Positions 1 through 13,547 are shown, counted from the first letter of the stretch. The stretch is 64,000 bases of DNA from Lama glama (GCA_028534125.1 CM052817.1:46440001-46504000), one strand, 5' to 3'. A program made the numbers and translations. Notes: a model not told the origin generated them from the sequence alone.

Positions 1-491
1 TGCTGTAGCAACCAGCTGCATGCAGCTGGAAACTTACAACTCCTCATCTCAGCTATACTTTCTGCACCAAAGTTTCTTTGTCACTGCCATGGAAAATCTC
101 TTGCCCAATAGGGAACAGGAGGTAACCAATATATGTTTTCCTCCTCTTTTATGTTTTAGGCAGATACTCTATAAGACTTCTCAGAGGGTACCCAATAGGA
201 TTGAACTCCAGCTGACCACATTTTTTTTTCTTATTTCACTTTTCCCAGTTTTCCAGTTCTATACATAGGGAACATTTCCCCAGATAAAGCTGCCTGCATT
301 GTAGGCCGATGACTCAGGCACTGCTTTTTGAGGGGACGCCTTGGCTAAGACACTACTCCATCCTGAGAATGAACTGTGCCGACTGGCAGGCAGAAATGGG
401 CAGTGTAGTTTCCCTACCCATAGCTGGTTTTAAGAAGTTGCTACATCTCAACTTCATCTCTATTTCCCCTACAATATCCCTCCTGCTATAA

Positions 492-1078
492 TGACCCGAG
501 GGAAGAAGAACAAAGATATCTGAACATGGCATTAAATTCTTAGATCCATCGATCGCTCCTGACGAATGGCATTAGTGTACCCCAGCATCAGGGTGTAGGG
601 GAAGAAAGTGTTTCCCCTCTTTCCTTCTTGATTGTTTGGCTGGCCTAATAATGAAGTTGGCATAATACAGAGTAACAGGAGAAAGAGAAATATAATTTTG
701 TTCATAGAGGAGCCCCATAAAAATATGAGACTCAAAGAAAAGACCAAAGTAGGCAGCTTTTCTACCGTTAGGGCAAAATGGCAATACAATTGTGAAGAAA
801 TGAGAAGACAAAGGGGTTTGGGCTTGGGATAGTAAATTAATGGAGAAGTAACAAATTCATTTGTATAGCCTTCTTGGCCCTAAATTATCTATCTCTGATG
901 ATAAGGATGTCTCTTTTTCTCCTGGTATAGGAAGGGCACATTTTTTTCCTGCTTTCAAGGGAAAAACAGAGGGTCAGAGTTTCCTTCTTATACCAGTTGT
1001 TTCTTAAGTAACTTTAATTCAAAATAATAAATATGCCAAAGTGGAATATTGGGTGGAATCCTGCCGTGAACTACATCA
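492..1078. mobile_element. Probable ERV solo LTR
   Basis: ~590 bp TG...CA-bounded segment with LTR-like composition; TSD not evident. Confidence 0.45.
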
Positions 1079-3983
1079 AGGGTTAGCCCCTCTATTCAGT
1101 CTCCCCAGAGACTGCATGTCTGGCTCCCCTTTTTCCTTCTTCTGATAACACCCTAGATTTACTCTGTTCTCAGTCTATCAGGTTCAGATGGGATGACCCA
1201 TCTCTCAGTTCCTTCTTATCAAGGCCCACCCCCTACCCTACTGACTGACTCAAAGATGGGAATGTGACCTAAGCCTGACTCAATAAGAAACAGTCTCTAG
1301 GAAGTTCTTAATTCTTCCTGGGATTTTTAAACTGCTAAAATGGGGCTTAGACGTAAGCCAATGCTTGGTAAGAGCCTTTCTAAGAATAAAATTGGTCCAG
1401 AGGAAAGCACATTAAATGGGATAAATGACTAAGGACCTTGTTTGAATACCTGTGCCCTCCAGGTGACTCTGATTTATTCATGAACACTATGTAGGCCAAC
1501 AGATTTTAATTTTTTTTTAAGACCATTTCAATTAGATGTTCATCTCTTGCCAATAGCCTGGCTTAATACCATCCATCTTTCACATTTCTGCTACAAGTAA
1601 CTTTCCAACAAGGGTAAAACTATTTACTCTATTTAATCTGTCTATCCATTTATCTCTTCAACATTTATCTACCACTTATAAGCTAAGAACTAAACTGGGT
1701 TCTAAAATAGGTTACAAAATAAAAGGACTCTGCCACCACCAAATTCACAATCTATAGGAGTACGGCATAAAGACATGAAATTGTCTGGAGGCCCATGATA
1801 CTCAGCAATTTACAGAGTTTTACAGCCCCTCAGAGGAGGGGTCATCTGACTTCTCTTCCTGGAAGGGTGGGAGCTATCAGAGAAAACTTGCTAGCGGGGA
1901 GGGTACTACCTAAGGAGAGTAGGTAGGGTACCCATTCCTGAAAAAGAGGACCAAATGAGCAAAGGCAGTGCAGCATGACTTGAGAACAAAAATAAACAGT
2001 TAATTTCTTTAACCTGGAGTTTAACATCAAGGCAGCTAGGCATAGAGAGCAGGAGGATAAGCATGGCCCAGACACCAGAAGTTCCCTTGCACTGAAGAGC
2101 CATTTCAAATGTCACCTCCATCAGAAATCCCGTAACTCCATCCAAGTGTTTAGCTTGGCCCTTGGATACAGATCACATTGTGGGGCGCCATTGGTTTATA
2201 TACCCTTATGCAGGATTATGCACTCTGCAAACCAGCTGTCACATCTTATTTCTCTTTCCATCTCTATCTCCAATGTAAGTCTGGTTCATAATCATACTAA
2301 ACATTCAACAAATGTTTATTGAAATATTGCATGAATAAATGGTTTCAGGCCACTATTCCACAACCAATGTGTCCTGAGGGTGGGACACCAGGAAACTGTT
2401 CTTGAAGGATTCAACAGCCTAGATTTCCTTACTTTCTTTCACTTATTTTGAGCACTCAGCATTTGAGTAATACCTCTCAGAGGACATAGGCAAACCCAGA
2501 GGGGCAAGACTTCGAATTTGAGTGTAAGAGATGGAGAGGTGTATCCTAACTCAGGCAACCAGACAAATGAGTCTGAACCAAGTCTCTAGAAAGTTCTGAG
2601 GACTTGGAAAAGGTCTGCTGACAAGTCCAAAGAATACAAGTGGGACCTATCAATACATTCAAAAACAAAGGGCCTGTGCTGCCTAGATCTGGAACAGAAT
2701 GGGAACAATGTCAAGAATAAAGCAAAGGAGGTCCTGGTTAATTACCACAAATGCAGCTGGAGTACATTTGGCCTTTATGGACCACCTGCCTGATAGTAGA
2801 TGGGAGGGTCCAGGTAGTTAAATGTACAAGATCTGGGTAGGATGATAGCTATTCATTCCATATACTTTATTATTATCTGTGTTTATAAGGCAGTGATAAG
2901 TGTCATAGGAGATATGTTGGATAAATTCCAACTTCTCACATAAGATTATTTTTTAGCATGCCTACTTTCTTCTACAATGCTAGATCACTTATTTTTCTAT
3001 TCCTGGCATGACAATCTGTTGATATGATCAGTCTACAAATACTTAAAATCATTCAGTTAACATTGAGAACTAGTCAATATATTAGATTTTGTCAGGTTTA
3101 TTTTTTGTGTGTGGTTTATTGGTTTCTAAATTTTTTTATACATTTCCTTTCATCTCTATTTTCTTAAAATTATTTCCTGAAATTTCTGGAAGTAGCATCA
3201 ACTAAATAAATGATATCATTATCATATAGTGTAACAAGAAGAAATACGGGATTGCCAAAATTGCAAAAGGAAAAGGAAATGAAAAAACTTTTCTTAGAAA
3301 TAATCACATAAGAGATTTGCTTTAGAAATGAAAACATTATGACATTACGGTATTATGGAAACAAAATTTAGGAAGTTGACAAGAATGTATAACCACAAAG
3401 GAAAATAAAATGCTTAGCAAGAAGATAAAAGATTTCAACTAGGGAAATTAGGAGTCATAAAAACTTGATATTGAGCATAATGTCCACAGTATTTTCCAAT
3501 GCTCATTATTCTCCAATTTTTTGGCCAGAAATATTTTTGTTTTTATTTTTCCCTTTTGGGCTGTGTCCATATAGTCAGGTAATCTTAGAGGCAGAGGATT
3601 CTGAATGAACCTTATTTCAAAGGAGTGTATGACTGAGCTAGTTCATTGGTTATTATTTCTGAAGTGGATGATGATAGTAAAGAAATATGAGATCCAATTA
3701 AATATGGTGGAAATTATGGTGGAAGTGGAGAAAGGATGGCTTTGTTTTATGTATTTTACCTATATGTATGTTATACATCAAATGTAAATACCAACAATCA
3801 AATGTCTAATGAGCACACATCATAGCATTGATGTGTAATTAAAGGGTGTATATGGACAGATGAGGGGAACGCTTAGCAGATTCCATGATAGTTACAGATG
3901 TGACTCTAACAAAAAAAAATATAAATCACTGATATGACAAATGCATGAGTGTGTTACAGTGTGTATGGATAATTTGGTGAAAC

Positions 3984-4627
3984 TGAAACAGGAAGAAAAG
4001 GGGACAGGGCACAGCCATTAAAGGAATGACACAGCAGTTAGCACCAAGACGGTGGAAAAGTCAACTCCTAGTAGAACTTGAGGCCCAAGATGGCAGGAGA
4101 TTTGACTTCCAGTAGACCTTGAGCTTCATTATGTGCTCATTGTAATATAATATTGTGTGTAAATGGCACACCCACAGGCACCATGGCTGTTCTGAGGCTA
4201 ACCATAAAAGGTCAGAAGGTAAGCAGTAACTCAGTGCTGTGAATCCTCACCCCTTTCCCAAAGCAGATGGAGCAATCCTCCCACTTACTAACATATGAAA
4301 TAACCAAGCTCATAAAAACTAATACCCCCCACACCTCGTGGCCCCCTCCCTTCTGAGTGAGACGGCTGGAAGTCTATCTATAGAGTGTGTGTCTACTTTT
4401 ACTTTAAACACCACCTCCACGCCTCGTGGCCTCTCTGGCCTTCTGAGATGGCCTCCACTCGGTCTGTGGAGTGTGCATCTACTTTTACTCTACTGCAGCT
4501 TGCTCTTGAATTCTTTCCTGCTCACAGCCAAGGATTCTCACTTGATGGGGTGCATGCCAGGGACGCATCTGAGACGTGGGACATGGCCATCCTCTCGTGC
4601 CCTGTGTCAAAATCTCTGAGCTTAACA
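3984..4627 (+). mobile_element. ERV solo LTR (family B here)
   Basis: Begins TGAAACAGGAAG, ends TAACA; homologous in reverse orientation to 9423-10061. Confidence 0.75.
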
Positions 4628-5346
4628 AAGTCAGGAGTTGGGAAAAGAGTCTTTAAAGTTCAACCAACTTTCTATTAGCAAGATGCCTCATCCAGCACCC
4701 AGCTGCACCAGTACATAATAGGACTAACTGCATTATTGTTTCCCTCCATATAGTTAATATCTGACAAACATTTATTTAGCACCTACTCCATCAGGCATTT
4801 TTCTGGAAGTGGGAATGAAGAGAGGCTAATAGGCATGACCTTTATTCCCTCATCTAAAGAGGGAAAACAGATAATCACAGTGCAGTCTAATTGTTATTCT
4901 AATAGAGACCTGTATAAATTGCTTTATCCTTTTCGCATCATTAGATCCTTCCATCATCCCTAGAATTACCGGGAAAAGAGGACTGTTCCTCCAACATAGC
5001 TGATAAGAGCTGATTGTTCCAAATCTGCTCGATGACCGCTCAGCTTTCAAGTTTTACTACCTCTCACCACATCACAGGCTAATAATAGCACAATCCCATG
5101 TTGCATCTGCCTCAACAAAGAAATAAATGTTTGACAAGATTATTTCCAAAGTTTATTTTCTTTCTTTGTTTTCTTTACTAGACAGTTAAGCCAGGCTCCC
5201 AATTACCAGATGTCCTGTGGATTTTATAATCTTATAGACTTGTGGGTTGATAAATCTTGTGGTTTTGTTATTTGATTTTCTTTTAGTTGTTACCAGGGAG
5301 GGAAAACACAGCTTGTGTATCTCAGGTTAAACTTTTTTTTCTTAAC

Positions 5347-5806
5347 TGTTGTAGGACACAACGTGGCAGCTGATCGTTGAACCAGTGACTTGCAGGTTGG
5401 TAAAAGAATTTACCAGAGATAAAAGTATGAGAATGGAAAGGAATTTATTAGGGTACGCTGCCATAGACAACAGTGAGCCACACGGATAGGGGGGGCCTGT
5501 GTGAGCCCCAAGTCAGTTGTTGAGGTGTTTTATAAGGTTGGTTCACAAGGCGCCTGATCGGCTTGTGCACAAGTCTCTGGTTGTAGGTGACGTAAGAGGT
5601 TTAGGGTCTATGAAGGGCAGTGGGGTTTATGACTCTGATAAGTTGGGCTGAAATGAGCCAGCCTGAGCTATTGTGAGATTTGGCATTCCCTAGAGGAAAC
5701 ATGCCCAGGAAAGAAAGTACTTTATCTGTTGAGGGGTTGCAGGCAGACATCTGAGAGCCCAGAGAGGGGGGTTGTTGGACTTTGAAGGATGTCAGTTGGC
5801 CCCACA
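5347..5806 (-). mobile_element. ERV solo LTR with perfect 5-bp TSD
   Basis: TGT...ACA termini flanked by TTAAC (5342-5346 and 5807-5811); AATAAA on minus strand. Confidence 0.8.
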
Positions 5807-6028
5807 TTAACTAGTTATCTGCACCCAAGCTTTGGGCTGCAGCTCTGGGCAGAGGAAGTAATAGCTTGTTGGCCATGTTCCTAATGGGTTGCCTGTTAGC
5901 TCGAGGCTTGTGGCCACCACTGTTTGGAAATGATATGTGCTCTGGGGCTAAAGCTCCAGAGACAGGGAAGGAAAGTAACTTCTGCTTATTAGTTTCCAAT
6001 TCTGAGCCAGGCCCACATTGGATCCTAT

Positions 6029-6635
6029 TGCTACTGAACAAAGTTCGTATGCCCGATGCACAGTGAAGCCAAACAAACCAAAACATTGTGGTTTGGAGCA
6101 GAGAAGGTTTATTTCAGGGCCAAGCAAGGAGAACAAATGGCTTGTACACCTCCACCAAAAAAAAACCAAACAAACAAAAAAAAAAACACACAAAAAAACT
6201 GAACTCCCTGATGGCTTTCAGGGAGAAGATTTTATAGGCAAAATCTGGAGGAAGAGACCTGCAGGATATGTGACTTTCTTCTGATCGGTTTGTGCTGAGG
6301 TAACAAGCTTCCAGGAATCTTGTGTTCAGCGGGAAGTTACCATCCTCCACCCAAGTGGGGGCTTTAGTTCCTGCAGAAGAACTCAAAGACATTGATATGT
6401 ATATTCCTTGAGGAGGAGCCAGGACCCTGCCGCAAGGCTGCGCTATTGTTTCTTGACTGTTCCCCCCTTGTTTCTGCATTCCCTCCCTTCTCTGATTAGC
6501 AAACTCTTTGAATCTTCCTTTTGGAACTCAGGGAAGGTCAAGGAGGCTGTGAAGCCCATTTCCTACAAAAAAGGAATGGGGGACACAGAAAGGATTTGTA
6601 CCTGGGGTAATCCCACAGGGTCCTGCTCCATTTCA
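6029..6635 (-). mobile_element. ERV solo LTR (family C here), copy 1
   Basis: Direct repeat of 7791-8348; both end GCTCCATTTCA on +. Confidence 0.8.
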
Positions 6636-6672
6636 CAAGAAAGCAATGTAATTTTGCTCTCAATTTAGTTTA

Positions 6673-7317
6673 CATTAGACCCCGAACTAAGACGCACATG
6701 GTTCAAGTGGAATGGGCAGTGAATGTAAGTAGGAATACAAATAAAGTGAGAATTTATTATTAAAGGATGGATAGTACACTCCCAAGGGGAGAGCGGGAAG
6801 GCTCAGGGGAGCGGCTGCCCCAGTTTCTTCAGCAAGTTGGTTACATAGGGTGAAAAAGTAAATGGGTGGAATATTCATTAGACAGGGAAGGGTCTGGGGT
6901 CATATTCTCTGATTTTCTTTCCAACTCCACCTTCCCAAAGAGAGGAGGGATTTTTGTCATTATTTAGTCTTGATTGGAAGTGTCATGGCATCAGTGCATG
7001 ATGGGTACTTGTAATCTGCAAAGCTAATTTTATCGTAATGAGGGCATAATGAGAAAAATGTTACATTCAGACACTGGAGATTCCTGCCTTTTCCCACTTT
7101 TCCTTGTTGGCCTCTGGGCCACTTATCACCCCCCAAAATGTGACCACTTATCAGCCTAGAGGTTCCTGCTCTTCTTTCTCTACCCAGGGACCCGTGGTGT
7201 TTACATGATGTATGGTTTCCTGCATTGGGCCTGTGTCTCTCCTTTCTGCCCAACTTCTGCCATTTGGCCTGCATTCCCCTTCCTCTGCTCAGGTCTAGCT
7301 ATCTGCCTGCTCTAACA
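6673..7317 (-). mobile_element. ERV solo LTR
   Basis: Minus strand begins TGTTAGAGCAGGCAGATAGCTAGAC; left boundary approximate. Confidence 0.6.
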
Positions 7318-7790
7318 CTTGGTGCTACATCTTCTCTTCAAAAGCTACCCCTCAATGGTGTTCCCAAAGACTCCCAGCCCAGGTCGGGCCTGCAGATTGA
7401 AATTAAAGGTGCACTATAGGCAAGATTTAACTGTCCTGCTGGTCACATGCATCCTGCCCCTACTGACTCACCAAGCATCTTGGGAAGCACTAATTAGAGT
7501 GTGGCCTCCCACATGTTACGTTGGAATGCTAAAACTTGACTCTTCAAAGAACTAGACAATGTTTTTAAACTACAAGTAACGATTCATCAGTGGGTTTTGA
7601 AATCACTTTATAAGCTTGTAGCCAACATTTCTTAAAAAGTGGATGAAGTAGGATAGGACAGTATAGGAAATAAAATATTAAAACACATCATAAAAGCAAA
7701 GGACTACTGTACAGCACAAGAAACTATATTTAATGTCTTGTGATAACCTATAACGGAAAGGAATCTGAAGAATACATACTTACACATGTA

Positions 7791-8348
7791 TGTTACCAAA
7801 CAAAAGCTCCTGTGCCCAATGCACAGTGAGGCCAAACAAATCAAAAAGTTGTGGTTTGGAGAAAGGTTTATTGCAGGGCCAAGCAAGGAGGATGGGCAGC
7901 GCATTCTCAGAAAGCCTGAACTCCCCGATGGTTTTCAGGAAAAGATTTTATAGGCATAATTTGGGGTGAGGGCTGCAGGGTGTGTGACTTTCTTCTTGAC
8001 TGGTTGGTGCTAAGGTAACAGGATGGTGTTCAAGGGATCTTTCACTGCCACGGAAGTTCCCATCCTCCACCTGGGTAGGGGCTTTAGTTCCTACAGGAGA
8101 ACTCAAAGATATTGGTGTGTGTATTCCTTGAGGAGAAACCAGCACCCTGCCCCGAGGCTGTGCTATTATATTTTGACTGTTTGGCCTGCATTCCCTCCCT
8201 TCCCTGATTAGCAAATGTTTGAATCTGCCCTTTGGAACTCAGGGAAGGTCAAGGAGGCTGAATGAAGCCTATCCCTTACTAACTAGAAATGGAGGCCACA
8301 GAAGGTATCTGTACCAGGCAGGATCCCACAGGAGTCTGCTCCATTTCA
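7791..8348 (-). mobile_element. ERV solo LTR (family C here), copy 2, inserted in an L1 3'-end fragment (~7695-8440)
   Basis: TG...CA, near-TSD TGTA/TATA; L1 tail sequence (..AAGAATACATAC / ..ATAACTGAATCACTTTGCTGT) continues on both sides. Confidence 0.8.
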
Positions 8349-8730
8349 TATATATGCATATGTATAACTGAATCACTTTGCTGTGCACCTAATCTAACAC
8401 AACATTGTAAATCAACTGTACTATAATAAAAAATTAATTTAAACACACAGCATACAAAGTAGGTACAAGTATTGCATTATGAACTTGTTTTAGGGATGTG
8501 TTGAAGGAGGATTAATAAAATGGCCACATTTAGACTAACAGACTGCTTATTCTTATACTTGCCCTTAGAACGGTCAACTGACCTAACTGACCAGTTGTTA
8601 CTCACAGTTCCAGGCCCACTGTTAAAACTAAAGCTATTGATCTTACTGTTTCTACTATATTCCAGTAATCAAAAGCTATAATCATGCTCATTCTCTGAGT
8701 CGAAGTCCAGGGAGAAAGTCACAGAACTGT

Positions 8731-9296
8731 TGTTGCCGAAAGATCATCCCTGATGAGCCAAATAACTCAGAGACAAGGTCTTGGAGTTTAGAAGAAAAGT
8801 GGGAGCTTTATTACTTTGCTGGACAAAGGGGACTCACAGCAGGCAAGTGTCTTCAAAACTGTTACCCCACTTTGGGGATGGGGTAGGGTGGTTATATAGC
8901 CATAGCGTAAACAGTGAAGCACTGATAACAAGCAACAGAATCATTTTCTCATCAGAAGACTTACAATAGCGACATGATACCTCCAGGCAACCAACTCTAT
9001 AGAGGCCAGCTGTTAGATCTCTTTATCTTGTAAGCACTCAAGGTGTGGTCTTCTTGGTAATTCAGGCTATTTTGTAAGGTCACAGGTGACCTTCTCCCTG
9101 GAGATTGACTCAGAGATGAAGCATAATTATAGCTTTTGATTGCTGGAATATAGTAGAAACTGTAAGATCAATAGCTTTAGTTTTAGCAGTGGGCCTGGAG
9201 CTGTGAGTAGCAACCGATCAGTCAGGTGGGTTGACTGTTTGAAGGGCGAGCATAAGAATAAGCAATAAGTGCAGCCATTTGATTAATCCTCCTTCA
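8731..9296 (-). mobile_element. Nested solo LTR, family A, antisense to its host
   Basis: Reverse complement starts TGAAGGAGG and ends CGGCAACA; near-TSD CTGT/CTAT. Confidence 0.85.
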
Positions 9297-9422
9297 CTAT
9301 ACCCTTACAAAGTAGGCTAAATACCAAAAAGACCACACCTTGGGCACTTATGAGATAAAGAGATCGAAAAAGTGACAACTGTTAGCCTCTATAGAATTGG
9401 TCACCTGGAGACATTATGACAC

Positions 9423-10061
9423 TGATGCCGGAAACAGATGTGGGGAGTGAGGAGTGCGGTGTCCCAGGCTTCAGTTGAGCCCCTGGGACGTGCCCCGCCA
9501 AGTATAAGTCCTTGGCTTCGCACAGGAAAGACTTCAAGAGCGAGCCACAGTTGAGTAAAGGTAGATTTATTTACAGAGATACATTGAAAGGCAAGAGAAA
9601 AGCCATGAGGTGAGGGGGTTGGGTGCTCAGATTAGAGTAAAAGTAGGTACACACTCCATAGACAGAGTGTGGGTCATCTCCGAATGGAGAGAGAGAGAAA
9701 GAGGTGGCCCCACGTGGTGCCGTGTAGCCAGGTTTTTATGGACTCAGTGGCTTGAGAAGCTAATAAGTGAAAGGACCATTTAACTAGCCTGAGGAAGGGG
9801 CTGGGATTCCCAGGAAGTTGGCCATTTCCCACTCTTTGACCTTTTATGGTTAGCCTTGGGACTGTCATGGCACCTGTGGGCATGTTATTCACCATGTTAA
9901 TACATTACAATGGTCCTATAATGAAGCTCAAGGTCTACTAGAAGTCAAAGCTTCCACTATCTTGAGCCTCAAGGCCCACTGGGGGTTGAATCTTTCACTA
10001 TTTTGATGTTAATCGCTGTAGCATTCCTTGAATGGCTGTGCCCTGCCCCCTTCCTGTCTCA
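9423..10061 (-). mobile_element. Nested solo LTR, family B
   Basis: Reverse complement starts TGAGACAGGAAGGGGGCAGGGCACAGCCATT, matching 3984 onward; the host LTR resumes at 10062. Confidence 0.8.
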
Positions 10062-11353
10062 GTGCCACTCTAAGTCTTCTGATGAGAAAATAATTCTGTT
10101 ACTGTCATTGATGCTTCATTGTTTGAGCTATGGCTATATAATCGCCCTGCCCCATCCCCAAGGGGGGTTCACAGCTTTAAAGGCACTATCCTGCTGTGAG
10201 TCCCCTTTGTCCAGCAAAGTAATAAAGCTGCCTCTTTTTTTGTAAGCTCCAAGACCCTATCTCTGAGTTATTTGGCTCGTCAGGGATGGGGGCCGATATT
10301 TCAGCAACAGTGTGTGTCTTTAAATACATACATACACCTGCACAGTGAATACATACATACACAGTATCTACAAATGTGTAAGTGGATGCTAGGGCACTTG
10401 AGTTTTATACTATTTCTCTGCCCAAGGAAAAACTTATTATCCAAAATTGGGACAGGAATGCTCCCTAACTAGTTTCAGTGCAATGAAGTCATTACTGTGT
10501 TCCTTGGTGACTGTGTACAATGATATTTTATTGAAAATTAGCTGTTCACCTTATAACTATATCAAATGACCAATATTTTGAAAAAGAAAAAGAACATTTT
10601 AGAGCAGTGAAATTACAGTTTTTTTTAAAATTTCCTCCTTATTTCCTCTGTATCACTATGCTATCTATAATGAGCATGCATTCATTGTCTTTTGGAATGA
10701 GAGAAAGTATAAAAATATTTTTATAACAAAATAAGCCCTCAATGCTGTATGCATTGAAGAGGAAACTGTTTTTACCACAAAGGCCTTATAAGGGGGGAAA
10801 AAAGCAAGCATTTTAAAAATGCAGAAGGACATCTGGGAGCAAAATACCCTTTGGTGGTTTTGTTCTGTTGATAGGGCCTGTGACTATGCGGGAAAAGCCT
10901 TGTTTGTGGGCATTTTCTGCTGACTACTTCCAGCCAGGAAAAAAAAAAAAAAGAAAGAAAGAAGGAAAGAAAACAAAGTTCAAGCTCATTCAATCCTTAT
11001 CACTCCATTAATGTTATACAGCAGACTCTTCCCAGCAGGAAAACCCTCTCCCAAATGCTATTGCTGATAAAGGCGGCAGCTTGAAAGAGTTCTCAGGCTA
11101 GTTAGCCAAGCTAATTCTGAAGGGAAGATTTACAAGTCACCAGCATTGGTAGACTTTGTAAAATTTGCTTAGGTCCTTTGGCTTTTTGAGTCATACCTAC
11201 AAGTTATTGACTCTAACTAAGCATGTTGTTTGAAGCAGGAAGTAAAAGGAATATAAGCAAAAAAGTATGTACCACCCACACCCCATTTCCAATGTATTCT
11301 CTCAAAGCTTATTTGTTTTGAGAAACTTTTTTTTTTTGAATGGTAAAGGATGC

Positions 11354-11359
11354 TTTATT
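11354..11359 (-). terminator. Polyadenylation signal AATAAA of the retrocopied membrane IgG mRNA
   Basis: TTTATT on + strand, 16 nt before the polyA run. Confidence 0.9.
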
Positions 11360-13547
11360 GTCTAAAGAACCGAAAACATGACAAGCCAGAATTTCCAAAG
11401 AAAAAACAGTAAAGAAAGTTCATGGGCTCCAGACGTTTAGAAAGGATGCACAGCTTCCCAAGCCAGGCCTGGCATGACCTCTGGCTGTAGCGCGCCCTCC
11501 CTCCCCCGCCACCACCCGGCAGTGGGGCCTGCCCCTCCCCATCCAGGGACAAGACAGGAGAGGCCCAGGGGTCTGGGGCGGGGACGCCAGGTTATCGGGC
11601 TCCCTCCTCCCGGGGCTTGCCTCTCATCCCACCCCTCGGTGCAGGGGAGCTCCTGCTGAAGGTCACTTAGGCCGCTGGCCATGGGACAGGCTGTCTGCGG
11701 CCACTGCCCTGTTTTGCCAGTGTCCCTCTTGCTGTGTCCAGCAAGGCTGTGTCCTGCCCATGGGGGACCCGGTCACCAGGCCCGTCTCTGGGAAGCTGAA
11801 GTGGGGAGACCTCACCCCCTTCCTGGCAGGCCTGGCTCCTGCAGGGGCCATGGGCCCTGGCCCTTCTCAGAGCTGAGTACTTGGCTGACTGTTGGTGGCA
11901 CATCTAGAAGCTTCCGTGCTGCGAGTCGTTGGCCAGGGCTGCATATGTTCCCACCAAGGATCTGACACAGGCACCTCCCCTTGGGGACCCTGCTTGATGA
12001 CCAAACTGATGGTGTCCACAGAGCAATCCCTGCCCACTGCCCCGGGATGCCAGCTACCTGCTCATCCAGGGGAACCCCAGGGTGCCCCGGGCACTCCCAG
12101 TGAGGACAGGCAGACCCCTCAGCTCAGGTTGGTGGTAGCACCTGCTGTCCACTTGGCCCCTGAAGGTGGGCAGGGTGCAGGGTGTGGTTGGTGGTGGCCG
12201 TGAGGTCAGAGGATGCAGGTGCGGGTGAGCACGGCCGAGAGTTCAGAGCTGGCAGGGCAGCGGGCGGAGTAGTGGCTGAGCAGCTCAGAGTGATGAACGG
12301 GGTACCTCTGGGGCCTGTGGTGGCTGTGGACACCCCCAGAGGACACGCTAGGCCCCCTGCCCGATCATGTTTCTGTAGTCTGGGACGATCATCTGCTTCA
12401 GCTTCACCACCGAGGAGAAGATCCACTTCACCTTGAAGAGGGTCACTGTGGCGCTGTAGCACACGCTGAGCAGGAAGAGGGTGATGAAGATGGAGATGGT
12501 GGTCCACAGCCCGTCCAGCTCTCCACTCTGGGCCTTGGCACAGTTCTCCTCCTCCAGGAGTGGCTCCGAAGACTGAGTGATGGATTTCTGGGTGTAGTGG
12601 TTGTGCAGGGCCTCGTGTATCACCACACAGGTGAAGGTTTCTCCCCACTGCCACGTGTTCTTTCCCACCGAGAGCTTGCTGTAGAGGAAGCAGGTCCCCT
12701 CGTTGTCCAGCTGGGGCAGCATGTTGGCGTAGGTGCCCTCTGATTCCGGCTGCCCGTTCCTCTGCTACTCAACGTTGATGTCAGCTGGGTAGAAGCCTTT
12801 GACCAGGCAGGTTATGCTCACAGTGTCCTTGGCCAGCTCTTCCCTGTGTGGGGCCAGGGTATACACCTGCGGCTCTCGGGTCTGCCCTTTGGCCTTGGAG
12901 ATGGTCCTCTCAATGGGGGCCGGGAGAACTTTGTTGTTGACCCTGCACTTGAATTCCTTCCCCGTCAGCCAGACCTGGTGCTGGATGAGCAGGACGCTGA
13001 CCACGCGGTACGTGCTATTGAACTGTTCCTCTTTTGGCTTCGTGTTGGCCGTTCACACCTCAACGCCATCAATGTACCAGTTGAAATTGACCTCTGGGTC
13101 TTCCTTACCCACGTCCACCACAACGCATGTGACCTCGGGCCTCCCAGAAATGGAGAGGACGTCCTTGGGTTTCGGGGGGAAGACGAAGACGGAGGGCCCT
13201 CCCGGGAGCTCAGGGGCCGGACATTTGGGACACGTGCACCCTCCATGTGGTTCCACACGCTTGTCCACCTTGGTGCTGCTGGCCGGGTGGGCTATGTTGC
13301 AGATGAAGGTCTTGCCAGTCGAGCTACTGGCAGGCAGAGTCACCAAGCTGCTGAGGGAGTAGAGCCCCGAGGACATGAAGACTGATAGGAAGATGTGGAC
13401 GCCGCTGGTCAGGGAGCCCGAGTTCCAAGTCACCGTCACCGGCTCAGGGATGTAGCCCCAGACCAGGCAGCCGAAGGCCACTGTGGAGCCAGGCATGTCC
13501 CCGCATCTAGCAGTCAGAGGATAGACCTATGGGGCCTTGGTGGAGGC

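Larger units (their letters stand above)
8502..10309 (+). mobile_element. ERV solo LTR (family A here) interrupted by two nested LTRs
   Basis: TGAAGGAGG...CAGCAACA with perfect TSD GTGT (8498-8501, 10310-10313); host pieces 8502-8730, 9297-9422 and 10062-10309. Confidence 0.85.

Noticed and set aside
6029..8348. Provirus bounded by two direct LTRs
   Set aside because: The interval is only ~1.15 kb and holds another LTR and an L1 tail, with no gag/pol/env; the second copy has its own near-TSD inside an L1 fragment.
20..10993. Numerous 60-120 aa ORFs in the ORF track
   Set aside because: They lie in LTR or intergenic sequence with no recognisable protein similarity; expected by chance.
12348..13547. 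Functional IGHG gene or part of the IGH locus
   Set aside because: No introns, three in-frame stops, polyA and TSD, no switch repeats, and the neighbours are chemokine genes.
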